Source: an uncultured Actinomycetota bacterium (GTDB lineage: Bacteria > Actinomycetota > Actinomycetes > Propionibacteriales > Nocardioidaceae). From it: 64,000 nt of DNA. The DNA lies in NCBI GenBank assembly GCA_963791175.1, contig CAWBRC010000001.1, forward strand, positions 880,063 through 944,062, given 5' to 3'. The notes under the pieces were generated by a model that worked only from the letters and a program-made list of their open reading frames with translations, was not told where the DNA came from and did not search any database. The position numbers and the translations under genes were made by a program. Positions 30,020-38,860 of the stretch are shown in pieces (within the stretch, counting starts at the first letter, position 1; every line of letters starts with the position of its first letter).

Positions 30020-32124
30020 TCACCGGAGACACGCGGAGCCGGCTCCGGCTGGTGGTGATCCAGGCCCTCGTCTTCTCGCTGTTCGCGACGCTCCTGGTGC
30101 GGCTCTACTACCTGCAGGTCGTCGGTGGCGAGCACTACGCCGAGCAGGCCGCCTCCCAGTCGCTGCGCGAGGTCGTCGTGCAGCCGCAGCGCGGCCTGAT
30201 CGTCGACGACATGGGCCGCCCGCTCGTCGCCAACCGCACGTCGTGGGTGGTCTCGATCGACCGCGGCACGCTGGCCAAGCTCTCCGAGGAGGAGCAGCGC
30301 GCGCTGCTGCACCGCGTCTCCCGCGTCACCGACGTCGCGGTCGCCCGGATCCGCCGGCTGCTCACCACCTGCGGCGACGACAAGAGCGTGGTGGGCGACT
30401 GCTGGAACGGCTCGCCGTTCCAGCCGGTGCCCGTCGCGGTCGACGTGCCCCAGCCGATGGCGCTGCGGGTGCTCGAGCAGCCCGAGGACTTCCCGGGCGT
30501 GACCGCCGAGCAGCAGAGCCTGCGCGCCTACCCGCAGCCGTTCGGCATCAACGCCGCGCACCTGCTCGGCTACCTCAGCCCCATCACCGGCGACGAGTAC
30601 GACGCTGCGGAGGACGCCGGCGACACCTCGGTCAACGGCGCCTCCGTGGTCGGCCGGGCCGGCGTCGAGAAGCAGTACGACGCGTGGCTGCGCGGGATGC
30701 CCGGCTACAACGAGGTCGCGGTCGACTCGATGGGCCGGGTGATCGGCGACGAGGACGAGGTCTCCGCCCAGCCCGGTGACACCCTCGTCACCTCGATCGA
30801 CGCCCGCGTGCAGTCCGTCGTCGAGCAGCAGCTCGCCGCCACGATCCAGACCGCGCGGCAGAGCTACGACGAGGTCACCCACAAGAACTACGTCGCCGAC
30901 TCCGGCGCCGCGATCGTCATGGAGGCGAAGACCGGCCGGATCGTGGCGATGGCCAGCCAGCCGACGTACGACCCGTCGGTGTGGGTGGGCGGCATCTCCA
31001 AGAAGGAGCTCGCGACCCTCTACTCCAAGGCGGCGGGCGAGCCGCTGCTCGGCCGGGCGACGCAGGGGCAGTTCGCGCCGGGCTCGACGTGGAAGCCGAT
31101 CATGACCGTCGGCGCGCTCAACAACGGCTTCTCCGAGGACACCCGCCTCGACTGCTCGGCCGGGCTGCAGGTCGGCAACCGGTGGTTCAAGAACTACGAG
31201 TCCGCCTCCGAAGGGCTCATCGGCTTCGACAAGGCGCTGCAGCTCTCCTGCGACACGTTCTTCTACCGGGTCGGGCTCAAGTACTGGCAGCAGTACGGGA
31301 CCGACGAGACGGACGTGAAGGCCAAGGACCCGCTGGTCGCCGAGGCCAAGGAGTTCGGCTTCGGCACGCGCACGGGCATCGACCTGCCGGGGGAGGCGCC
31401 CGGGCGGATCGCGGACCGGCAGTGGAAGTACGACTACTGGAAGTCGATGAGGTCCTACTACTGCGAGATGGACCGCAAGGACTCGGCGCCCAACGACTTC
31501 CTGCAGCTGTTCGCGCACGAGTTCTGCCTCGAGGGGAACCACTACCGCGCCGGCGACGCGGTGAACTTCGCCATCGGCCAGGGCGACACCATCGTCACCC
31601 CCCTGCAGCTGGCCCGCGCGTACTCCGCTATCTCCAACGGCGGCACCCTCTACGAGCCGCGGGTCGCGAAGGCGATCGTCTCGCCGGACGGCACGCTGCT
31701 CAAGCGGATCCCGCCGAAGGTGGCCGGCCACCTCGACGCCTCGAAGGCCTCGCTGGAGTACGTCGACCAGGCGCTCCAGGGCACCCCCAAGGTCGGCACG
31801 CTCTACTGGCGGTTCACGGACTTCCCGCTCGACAAGGTGCACATCCGCGGCAAGACCGGTTCGGCCGAGGTCTACGGCAAGCAGTCGACGTCGTGGGTCG
31901 CGACGTACGACGAGAACTACGTCGTCATCATGATGGTCTCGCAGGGTGGCACCGGCTCGGGCACCTCAGGGCCTGGCGTCCGCGCGATCTGGGAGGCGCT
32001 GTACGGCGTCTCCGGTCAGGACGTGGACCCGGCGAACGCCGCCATCCCCGGCACCACCCCGCCCGCCTCGCTGCCGACCTTCATGGACGACGGCTCGATC
32101 CTGCCGCCCGGCCGGAAGGAGTAG
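30016..32124 (+). CDS. mrdA: Penicillin-binding protein 2
   Basis: PQRGLIVD, PGSTWK (SxxK), SCD, GKTGSAE. Confidence 0.94.
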   Translation: MITGDTRSRLRLVVIQALVFSLFATLLVRLYYLQVVGGEHYAEQAASQSLREVVVQPQRGLIVDDMGRPLVANRTSWVVSIDRGTLAKLSEEEQRALLHRVSRVTDVAVARIRRLLTTCGDDKSVVGDCWNGSPFQPVPVAVDVPQPMALRVLEQPEDFPGVTAEQQSLRAYPQPFGINAAHLLGYLSPITGDEYDAAEDAGDTSVNGASVVGRAGVEKQYDAWLRGMPGYNEVAVDSMGRVIGDEDEVSAQPGDTLVTSIDARVQSVVEQQLAATIQTARQSYDEVTHKNYVADSGAAIVMEAKTGRIVAMASQPTYDPSVWVGGISKKELATLYSKAAGEPLLGRATQGQFAPGSTWKPIMTVGALNNGFSEDTRLDCSAGLQVGNRWFKNYESASEGLIGFDKALQLSCDTFFYRVGLKYWQQYGTDETDVKAKDPLVAEAKEFGFGTRTGIDLPGEAPGRIADRQWKYDYWKSMRSYYCEMDRKDSAPNDFLQLFAHEFCLEGNHYRAGDAVNFAIGQGDTIVTPLQLARAYSAISNGGTLYEPRVAKAIVSPDGTLLKRIPPKVAGHLDASKASLEYVDQALQGTPKVGTLYWRFTDFPLDKVHIRGKTGSAEVYGKQSTSWVATYDENYVVIMMVSQGGTGSGTSGPGVRAIWEALYGVSGQDVDPANAAIPGTTPPASLPTFMDDGSILPPGRKE

Positions 32125-32126
32125 CC

Positions 32127-33287
32127 GTGGTCTCGCTGCGTCGCCTCGACTGGGTGCTGATGGGCGCCGTCCTGCTGCTGGTCGCGCTCTCCGCGCTGCT
32201 GGTGTGGTCGGCCACCGCGCACCGCGTCGACCTCACCGACGGCGACTCGACGGCCTACCTGCGCAAGCAGCTGGTGAACATCTCGATCGGGCTCGTGCTG
32301 CTCCTCGGCGTCACGTTCGTGGACCACCGCTGGGTGCGGATCCTCGCGCCGCTGGTCTACCTGCTGTCGGTGGCCGGGCTGGTCCTGGTGCTGATCATGG
32401 GCTCGACGATCAACGGGTCCCGTTCGTGGCTCTACGTCGGCGGGCTCTCCGTGCAGCCCTCGGAGCTCGCGAAGCTGGCCGTGGTCATCGGGATGGCCCT
32501 GGTGCTGGCCGAGCGGGCCTCGACCCGCTGGCGCCACCGGGTCGGCACGGTCGAGGTGCTGCTGATGCTGGCCATCGCGGGCGTGCCCGCCGTGCTGATC
32601 CTGCTGCAGCCCGACCTCGGCACGATGCTGGTGCTCTCGGCCACGGTGTTCGGCGTCCTCGCGGTCTCCGGCGCGCGCCGCCGCTGGTTGGTGCTCGTCC
32701 TGCTCGGTGCCGCCTCGGTCGCGGTCGTCGCGCTGGCGGGCGGCGTGCTCAAGGCCTACCAGGTGGACCGCTTCCTGGCCTTCGTCGACCCCGATCTCGA
32801 CCCGCGCGGGGCCGGGTACAACGTCGAGCAGGCCCGCATCGCCATCGGCAACGGCGGCCTCTTCGGTCAGGGGCTCTTCCACGGCTCGCAGACCCGCTCG
32901 GGCTTCGTCCCCGAGCAGCAGACCGACTTCGTCTTCACCGTCGCGGGGGAGGAGCTCGGCCTGGTGGGGGCCGGGCTCCTCATCGCGCTGCTGTGCGTGG
33001 TGATCTGGCGCGCGCTCGTCATCGCCCGGCACGCCGAGGACGTCTTCGGCCGGGTCGCCGCCGCCGGCATCGCCTGCTGGTTCGGCTTCCAGGCCTTCCA
33101 GAACATCGGCATGTGCCTGGGCATCATGCCGGTCACCGGCGTACCGCTGCCGTTCGTGTCCTACGGCGGCTCCTCGCTCTTCGCCGGGATGCTCGCCGTC
33201 GGGCTGCTGCAGAACATCCACGTCCGCGCACAGACCCGGACCTACGTCGCGCCGTACGAGGAGCGCCGGGTGCTCGTCGGCCGCTGA
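32127..33287 (+). CDS. rodA: Rod shape-determining protein RodA
   Basis: QPSELAK, QPDLGT, PEQQTDFVF, TGVPLPFVSYGGSS. Confidence 0.95.
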   Translation: MVSLRRLDWVLMGAVLLLVALSALLVWSATAHRVDLTDGDSTAYLRKQLVNISIGLVLLLGVTFVDHRWVRILAPLVYLLSVAGLVLVLIMGSTINGSRSWLYVGGLSVQPSELAKLAVVIGMALVLAERASTRWRHRVGTVEVLLMLAIAGVPAVLILLQPDLGTMLVLSATVFGVLAVSGARRRWLVLVLLGAASVAVVALAGGVLKAYQVDRFLAFVDPDLDPRGAGYNVEQARIAIGNGGLFGQGLFHGSQTRSGFVPEQQTDFVFTVAGEELGLVGAGLLIALLCVVIWRALVIARHAEDVFGRVAAAGIACWFGFQAFQNIGMCLGIMPVTGVPLPFVSYGGSSLFAGMLAVGLLQNIHVRAQTRTYVAPYEERRVLVGR

Positions 33288-33460
33288 GCCGTGCCCGTTC
33301 GCGTGGGTTCGTGCCCGCATGGCGCCACGTCGGGATCGGGTGCGCTGCGGTTCTGTGCAGTTGCCACAACTTGTCCCTAGGTTGTCGGTAGGGTTGCCTT
33401 GGCGGGCCCGTTCCGGGCCCGTTCGGGGGTTCACGAATCGGGGGATCTGTGAACGTCCGG

Positions 33461-33507
33461 GGACCGCGGCGGCGGCCCCCGTCACGGGGGTGCGCTGTCG
33501 CGGTCCT
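33461..33507. terminator. Long hairpin between the convergent rodA and MFS genes
   Basis: ggaccgcggcggcggccccc-gtcac-gggggtgcgctgtcgcggtcc. Confidence 0.55.
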
Positions 33508-33521
33508 GCGAGGCTCTCCCG

Positions 33522-34790
33522 TCAGGTGAGCGCGGGCGAGGTCGTGCGCGCCAGGTGCCGTTCGGCCGCGTGCGCCGCGGGGTGGATGACCACCGCCGCG
33601 ACCACCACGATCGCAGCGATCACCGCCCACCCGGGGCCGCCCCACTCCATGGCGAGGAACGTGTACGCCGCGGGCGCCCACACCGAGCCGAGCGTGAACC
33701 CGAGCTGGGTGACGCCCTGGTACTCGCCGCGGCGGGCCGGGTCGGACAGCTCGGCCTGGAGCCCCCACTCGCCGGCGGACTGGAACAGCTCGGCGCCGGT
33801 CACGGTGACGTGGCCGACCCACACCAGCACGATCGTCACCCAGCCGATCGTGTCGTGGGTGAACGCCACGATCCCGCAGGAGAGCACGAAGAACGCCGCT
33901 CCCCGGCGCTGGGCGCGCAGCGAGTCGCCCACGCTCACCACGCCGCGCGCGGCCGCCACCTGGAGCAGGACGGCCATCACCGTGTTGGTGCCGAACAGCC
34001 ACGCCAGCAGCACCCGAGGTGCGTCGGTCTCCTCGACCAGCCAGAGCGGGATGACCACGTTGAGCAGCACCTGGTGGGTGCTGAGCACGCCGCCGCAGAC
34101 GGACATCAGCACGAAGCCCCGGTTGCGCAGCGCACTGTTGCGTCCCTTGGCCTCGGCCATCTCCTCGAGCGGCGCCTCGGTCTCCACGTGGGCCCCGGTC
34201 GTCGGGAGCCGGGAGACCAGGGTCGCGTTGAGCAGCAGCAGGACGGCGGTCGCCAGCGGGACGGCGCGGATCACCGCGTCGCTGTCGGTGGCCAGCGCGA
34301 CGCCGGCCAGGAGGGCGCCGAGCGTGTAGCCCACGTTGCGGGCGGCCCGGAAGTAGGCGTTGGACGAGACCCGCTCCTCGCGCGGGAAGACGTCGAAGCG
34401 GTAGGCGTTGCGGGCCGAGCGGCTGGTCGTCGAGACCAGCTCGAGCACGACCATCATGGCCACGAACGCGGCCAGGCCGCCGACGACCAGCCACGCGACG
34501 TACAGCAGCGCCTCGACGAGGGAGCACAGCGCCCAGACCCGCCTGGCGCCGAACCGGTCGCTCAGCTTCCCCAGGGGTACGGCGGTCGCGAAGGTGATGA
34601 CGCCGGCGATGGTCAGGCCGAGGCCGACCTGGGCCGCGGACAGGCCGACGATCTGGGTGAAGTAGACCGCGCTGCCGGTCAGGAACACCCCGTCGCCGAA
34701 CGCCGAGAGCACCGACTGCACCGACAACCGCCGGACGAGGGACGTCGGGCCGGCCAGTCGGACGAGGCGCTCGGGCAGGTGTCTTGACAT
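33522..34790 (-). CDS. MFS transporter
   Basis: About 12 hydrophobic segments; PLGKLSDRFGARR motif A. Confidence 0.9.
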   Translation of the reverse strand: MSRHLPERLVRLAGPTSLVRRLSVQSVLSAFGDGVFLTGSAVYFTQIVGLSAAQVGLGLTIAGVITFATAVPLGKLSDRFGARRVWALCSLVEALLYVAWLVVGGLAAFVAMMVVLELVSTTSRSARNAYRFDVFPREERVSSNAYFRAARNVGYTLGALLAGVALATDSDAVIRAVPLATAVLLLLNATLVSRLPTTGAHVETEAPLEEMAEAKGRNSALRNRGFVLMSVCGGVLSTHQVLLNVVIPLWLVEETDAPRVLLAWLFGTNTVMAVLLQVAAARGVVSVGDSLRAQRRGAAFFVLSCGIVAFTHDTIGWVTIVLVWVGHVTVTGAELFQSAGEWGLQAELSDPARRGEYQGVTQLGFTLGSVWAPAAYTFLAMEWGGPGWAVIAAIVVVAAVVIHPAAHAAERHLARTTSPALT

Positions 34791-34797
34791 CAAGATA
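34780..34797. promoter_or_regulatory. TamR (MarR/UrtR)-like operator overlapping the MFS start codon
   Basis: TATCTTGATGTCAAGACA (minus strand), an 18-bp near-perfect palindrome directly after a TAGAGT -10. Confidence 0.6.
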
Positions 34798-34912
34798 ACT
34801 CTACTCCCGCGCCCCGTCAGGCGAGTATGTCGGTTGCGCTGATAGCCCTTGGCGACTTAGCGTCGAGCGACCACCGGGCATCACCCAGCGGGGTTCCAGA
34901 GAGGTCTCGGCC

Positions 34913-35866
34913 ATGTCCCTCGTCCCGTCCCTCACCTCAGTCCATCGCGTCCGAGCGGCCGTCGTCGCGTGCCTCGCGCTGGTCGCGGCCGTGCTGGCCG
35001 TGCTCACCGCGAGCCCACCCGCGCAGGCGGCGTACCCCGGCGGCGACGGCCGGATCGCCTTCGTCCGCGGGGGCGAGATCTACACGATGACCCAGCAGGG
35101 CAACGACATCACCCGGCTGACCGACCGCGGCACGAACAGCGACCCGACGTGGTCGCCGGACGGGCAGCGGATCTCCTTCGTCCGCGAGCTCGGCGGCCGG
35201 ACGGACGTGTTCGTCATGAACGCCTGGGGCCACCAGAAGCGCAACGTCACCAGGTCCGGCGACGTCACCTCGGCCGGCGCGAGCTGGTCCCCGGACGGCA
35301 CCCGGCTGGTGTTCGCCCGCGGCACGCTGCAGACGATCAGGTCGACGGCGCCGTTCGGCCAACCGACCGAGCTGCTCGGCCGCTCCACGGGCGGGACGTG
35401 CGAGGACGACGAGGCGCACCCGATGTTCATCGACCGGTTCGCGGCCTGGTCGCCCGACGGCGCCACGATCGCGGTCTTCAGCCACTCCGACTGCGAGTAC
35501 GACGACCGCATCGACCTCTACGACGTGGCCAGCGGCGAGCAGCGGCTCTTCGACGTCTCCGGCGCCGACTGCTGCGGCTACCTCCGCTGGACCGACCTGT
35601 TCTGGGGGCCGGACGGCTCGTTCGGCTACACCGAGCGCAACACCGGCGAGTTCGGCGAGGACGAGGACGCGCCGACCCGGATCGTCTACGCGGGCTTCGC
35701 CTCCGTGGACGGCGACTTCCAGGCCGCGCCGTCGCCCTCTGGCCGGTTCCTGGCGCTGGTGAACGCGTCGTCCGGCGCCAACAAGATCATCCGCGCCCGG
35801 GCGGACGGCTCCGGCCGCAAGGTGCTGGCCACCGGCTCGCAGCCGGACTGGCAGCCGCGTCCCTGA
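34913..35866 (+). CDS. Secreted TolB-like beta-propeller (PD40 repeats)
   Basis: Signal peptide; AYPGGDGRIAF, DPTWSPDGQRISF, SWSPDGTRLVF, AWSPDGATIA, QPDWQP. Confidence 0.87.
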   Translation: MSLVPSLTSVHRVRAAVVACLALVAAVLAVLTASPPAQAAYPGGDGRIAFVRGGEIYTMTQQGNDITRLTDRGTNSDPTWSPDGQRISFVRELGGRTDVFVMNAWGHQKRNVTRSGDVTSAGASWSPDGTRLVFARGTLQTIRSTAPFGQPTELLGRSTGGTCEDDEAHPMFIDRFAAWSPDGATIAVFSHSDCEYDDRIDLYDVASGEQRLFDVSGADCCGYLRWTDLFWGPDGSFGYTERNTGEFGEDEDAPTRIVYAGFASVDGDFQAAPSPSGRFLALVNASSGANKIIRARADGSGRKVLATGSQPDWQPRP

Positions 35867-35879
35867 CCCCGAGGAGGTC

Positions 35880-36040
35880 TCAACCCACGGGGGTCGGGGC
35901 CGCGACGAGCCGGTTGCGGCCCGCGTTCTTGGCGGCGTACAGCGCCTCGTCGGCGGCGGCGTACAGATCCGGCAGGTCGGCGGCGTGTGTCGGCGCGTGG
36001 GCGAGGCCGACGCTGACCGTCACGTGGATGACGTGCCCCG
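35880..36040 (-). pseudogene. C-terminal remnant of a GGDEF (diguanylate cyclase) domain
   Basis: Manual translation HVTVSVGLAHAPTHAADLPDLYAAADEALYAAKNAGRNRLV...stop; no GGDEF motif upstream. Confidence 0.7.
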
Positions 36041-36502
36041 GCGCAGCCGGCCGCGCGCCGAGGAGTCCGCCCCGATCGGGACGACCTCGGTCGCCCTGGC
36101 CAGCCCGTGCGCCGGCATGTTGCCGTACACCGCCTCGTACTCCCCGGCCCGCACCAGGAACGTCTCGTGCCAGATCCCTGACCGCGGGTCCTTGCCGACC
36201 CGCTTCCAGTAGCTGCGCCAGACCGCCAGGTGCGGGTCCGCGTCGTCCCGGGCGAACCGCTCGAGGTCCTCGAACGAGCGCCAGTACTGCACGTTCATGG
36301 TCAGCCCGTACGTCTCGTAGCCCAGCAGCCCCTTCTCCGGCCGCTCGCTGAGGTACTTGAGCATGTACGGCATCGACCGCATGCCGCCGAGGTCGCGCAG
36401 CGACCGGAACAGGTGCAGCTTGTCGAACTTCGCCCCGATCAGGAAGACGACGAAGTCTCCCTCGATCCGCGCGCCCCGACGGCCCTGGTTCACCTCTGCC
36501 AT
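36020..36502 (-). CDS. DUF4188 domain protein
   Basis: DFVVFLIG...VQYWRSFEDLERFARD...HLAVWR...GIWHETFLVRAGEYEAVYGNMP. Confidence 0.88.
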   Translation of the reverse strand: MAEVNQGRRGARIEGDFVVFLIGAKFDKLHLFRSLRDLGGMRSMPYMLKYLSERPEKGLLGYETYGLTMNVQYWRSFEDLERFARDDADPHLAVWRSYWKRVGKDPRSGIWHETFLVRAGEYEAVYGNMPAHGLARATEVVPIGADSSARGRLRRGTSST

Positions 36503-36595
36503 CTTGGGAGTCTCCGCCTCGGGGCGGTGGCGGTCCAGTACACGTTCGCTACCGGGTCATGGACGTCGCTTGCCGCGAGAGCTTCGGGCTTGCGC

Positions 36596-36958
36596 GACCG
36601 CAACGAAGGCACCCGCTGAACCCCGCCGGTCGAGCCTGTCGAGACCACCGCATCGAAGGCATCAGCTGGACCTCCGCCGGTCGAGCCTGTCGAGACCACC
36701 GCATCGAAGGCATCAGCTGGACCTCCGCCGGTCGAGCCTGTCGAGACCACCGCATCGAAGGCATCAGCTGGACCTCCGCCGGTCGAGCCTGTCGAGACCA
36801 CCGCAACGAAGGCAACCAGCCAGCGCGCAGCCCAGGCGCGGCTGAGCGCCGGTCGAGCCGTCGAGACCGCAACGAAGCACCGCAGTCAAGGCACCCGCTC
36901 GACCAGCGCAACGCGGGCACCCGATGAAACTCCGCCGGTCGGGCCTGTCGAAACCCCG
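36596..36958 (+). repeat. REP-like 51-bp tandem array, left: 4 regular copies plus degenerate copies
   Basis: ccgccggtcgagcctgtcgagacc core at 36623, 36674, 36725 and 36776; degenerate copies near 36847 and 36932. Confidence 0.92.
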
Positions 36959-37125
36959 CACTGGTTCGGTCAGGCGGGTTGACAGCCCCGGCGAGCGCCA
37001 CAGGCGGGCTGGCTATCGGGTTGCCGCGAGGGGTTCTGGCTGCGTGAGCGCTGCCTTGCGTCGGCGGGCACGGGTGCACGCAGGACGCCACTGGGCTCCT
37101 GGTCCGTTCGGTCGGGTCGGTCGGT

Positions 37126-38368
37126 TCAGGTGCGCCGGGTGAAGGCGACCTTCCCGCCGGGCAGGTGGGTCGTGGTGTAGGTGGGGTCGTGGGCGCGGGC
37201 GTGGTGGCGGGGGCAGAGCAGCAGCCCGTCGTTGTCGGTCCCGCCGCCGCGGCTCCAGGGGATCGGGTGGTGCAGGTGGCAGAGTCCGGGTGGCCAGTCG
37301 CAGCCCTCGGCGGTGCAGCCGCCTTGTTCGAGGGTCTTGGCGATGCGTTGGGCTCCGGTGTGGAAGCGCCGGGTGCGGCCGAGGTCGAGGACCTGGGACT
37401 TCCCGCCGAGGACGGCGGGGATGATCCCGGCCTCGCAGGCGAGCCGGCGAGCGAGGGAGGCGCTGATCGACTCGCCGGTGTCGAGGTCGGGCCGCTTGGA
37501 GGCCGCCGAGGAGGGCGTCGAGGGTCATGGTGACGACGACGGTGGCGTTGACCCCGCCGGCCTTCGGGAGGTTCTTGGTGGGGTAGCGGTGGATCAGCTC
37601 GGTGAACGCCCGGCCCAGGCGTTCCGGGCCGGGCTTCCGCTCGCCGAGGGGCCCGGAGGCGGCCTGGTGTTTGGGGGCGGCGAAGGCCAGGAGGGCCTTC
37701 TTGAGCGCGGCGCCGGTGAGGGTGTCGAGGGTGAACCGGCCGTGGACCTTGCCGTGTCCGTCCTCCCACATCGTGAGCCGGGTGGCGGCGGCCGCGTCGC
37801 GTTCCTCGCGTTCGAGGAGCTTGGGCCTCGTGGGCGTCGGCCGCGTCGGGGGCCACGATTTCGAGGAGCCGGCGTCCGAACCGTTTCAGCGCGCGGGCGT
37901 CGAAGTGCTCGGCCTCGGCGAGCAGGTGGGCCTCGGCGTCCTGGACCAGGTCGGGGTCGAGGTCGGCGGGGAGGTCGTCGAGGGCGCGGAGGATGACCTC
38001 GGCCTGCTCGACGTGCACCCGACCCTCGGCGAGGGCGTCGCGGGTCTGGTCGTGGGACTCCGAGCCGGCGGCGAGCCGGACGGTGCGGTGGGCGGCGCCG
38101 CGGGTGGTCTGGATGTGGTGGGCCAGCCAGGTCGCGGTCGACGGTGGCACCAGTCTGGCCGGGCATGTCGAGCGACGTCGGCGTGCGCGACCAGCCGGGC
38201 CTCGAGCTCGGCGAGCTGGGCCTTCGCGGCCTGCACCTCGCTGATGGCCGTGGTCGTCTCGGCGGCGTCCATCGACCACAACGGCACCCCGGCCACCGCG
38301 CCCAGCTGGTCGCGCACGCCCGCCATCGCCCGGGTGACCCGGTGCGGGTGGTGCGCGATCGCCGTCAT
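37126..38368 (-). CDS. DUF222 (13E12-like) + HNH endonuclease; about three apparent frameshifts
   Basis: TATWLAHH...DALAEGRVHVEQAEVI...; ARRLACEAGIIPAVLGGKSQVLDLGRTRRFHT...GCTAEGCDWPPGLCHLHHPIPWSRGGGTDNDGLLLCPRHH; breaks near 38160, 37820 and 37490. Confidence 0.88.
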
Positions 38369-38375
38369 GACACCT

Positions 38376-38397
38376 ATCCAAGCAGCGACCACCGACA
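38376..38397 (-). promoter_or_regulatory. RecA-NDp / PafBC-type promoter of the HNH gene
   Basis: TGTCGG-N10-TTGGAT, then 7 nt to the ATG; consensus TGTCGG-N10-TANNNT, one mismatch. Confidence 0.55.
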
Positions 38398-38475
38398 GTC
38401 CGACGGGCCCGGAAGCCCTTGTCCACAAGGGGAAAACGGTCACGTCCGGGGTCGGGTCAGCGGGCTGGCTGCGGG

Positions 38476-38823
38476 GGTCTCGACAGGCTCGACCGGCGGT
38501 GGTCCAGCGGGTGCCTGCGTTGCGGTGGTCTCGACAGGCTCGACCGGCGGTGGTCCAGCGGGTGCCTGCGTTGCGGTGGTCTCGACAGGCTCGACCGGCG
38601 GTGGTTCAGCGGGTGCCTGCGTTGCGGTGGTCTCGACAGGCTCGACCGGCGGTGGTCGAGCGGGTGCCTCCGCTGCGGTGGTCTCGACAGGCTCGACCGG
38701 CGGTGGTTCAGCGGGTGCCTCCGCTGCGGTGGTCTCGACAGGCTCGACCGGCGGTGGTTCAGCGGGTGCCTTCGCTGCGGTGGTCTCGACAGGCTCGACC
38801 GGCGGTGGTCGAGCGGGTGCGTT
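38476..38823 (-). repeat. REP-like 51-bp tandem array, right: 7 copies, inverted relative to the left array
   Basis: ggtctcgacaggctcgaccggcggtgg at 38476, 38527, 38578, 38629, 38680, 38731 and 38782. Confidence 0.95.
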
Positions 38824-38860
38824 CGCATCGGAGCCAGCACTCTCCGGCAACCCGACAGCC

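Noticed and set aside
33288-33521. Glycine or c-di-AMP riboswitch
   Set aside because: Core motifs not found, and the position between two 3' ends does not suit a riboswitch; kept only as a generic sRNA candidate
38476-38823. CRISPR array (regularly spaced repeats near a nuclease gene)
   Set aside because: The would-be spacers are near-identical to each other and homologous to those of the left array, and there are no cas genes in the window; this is a tandem REP-like repeat
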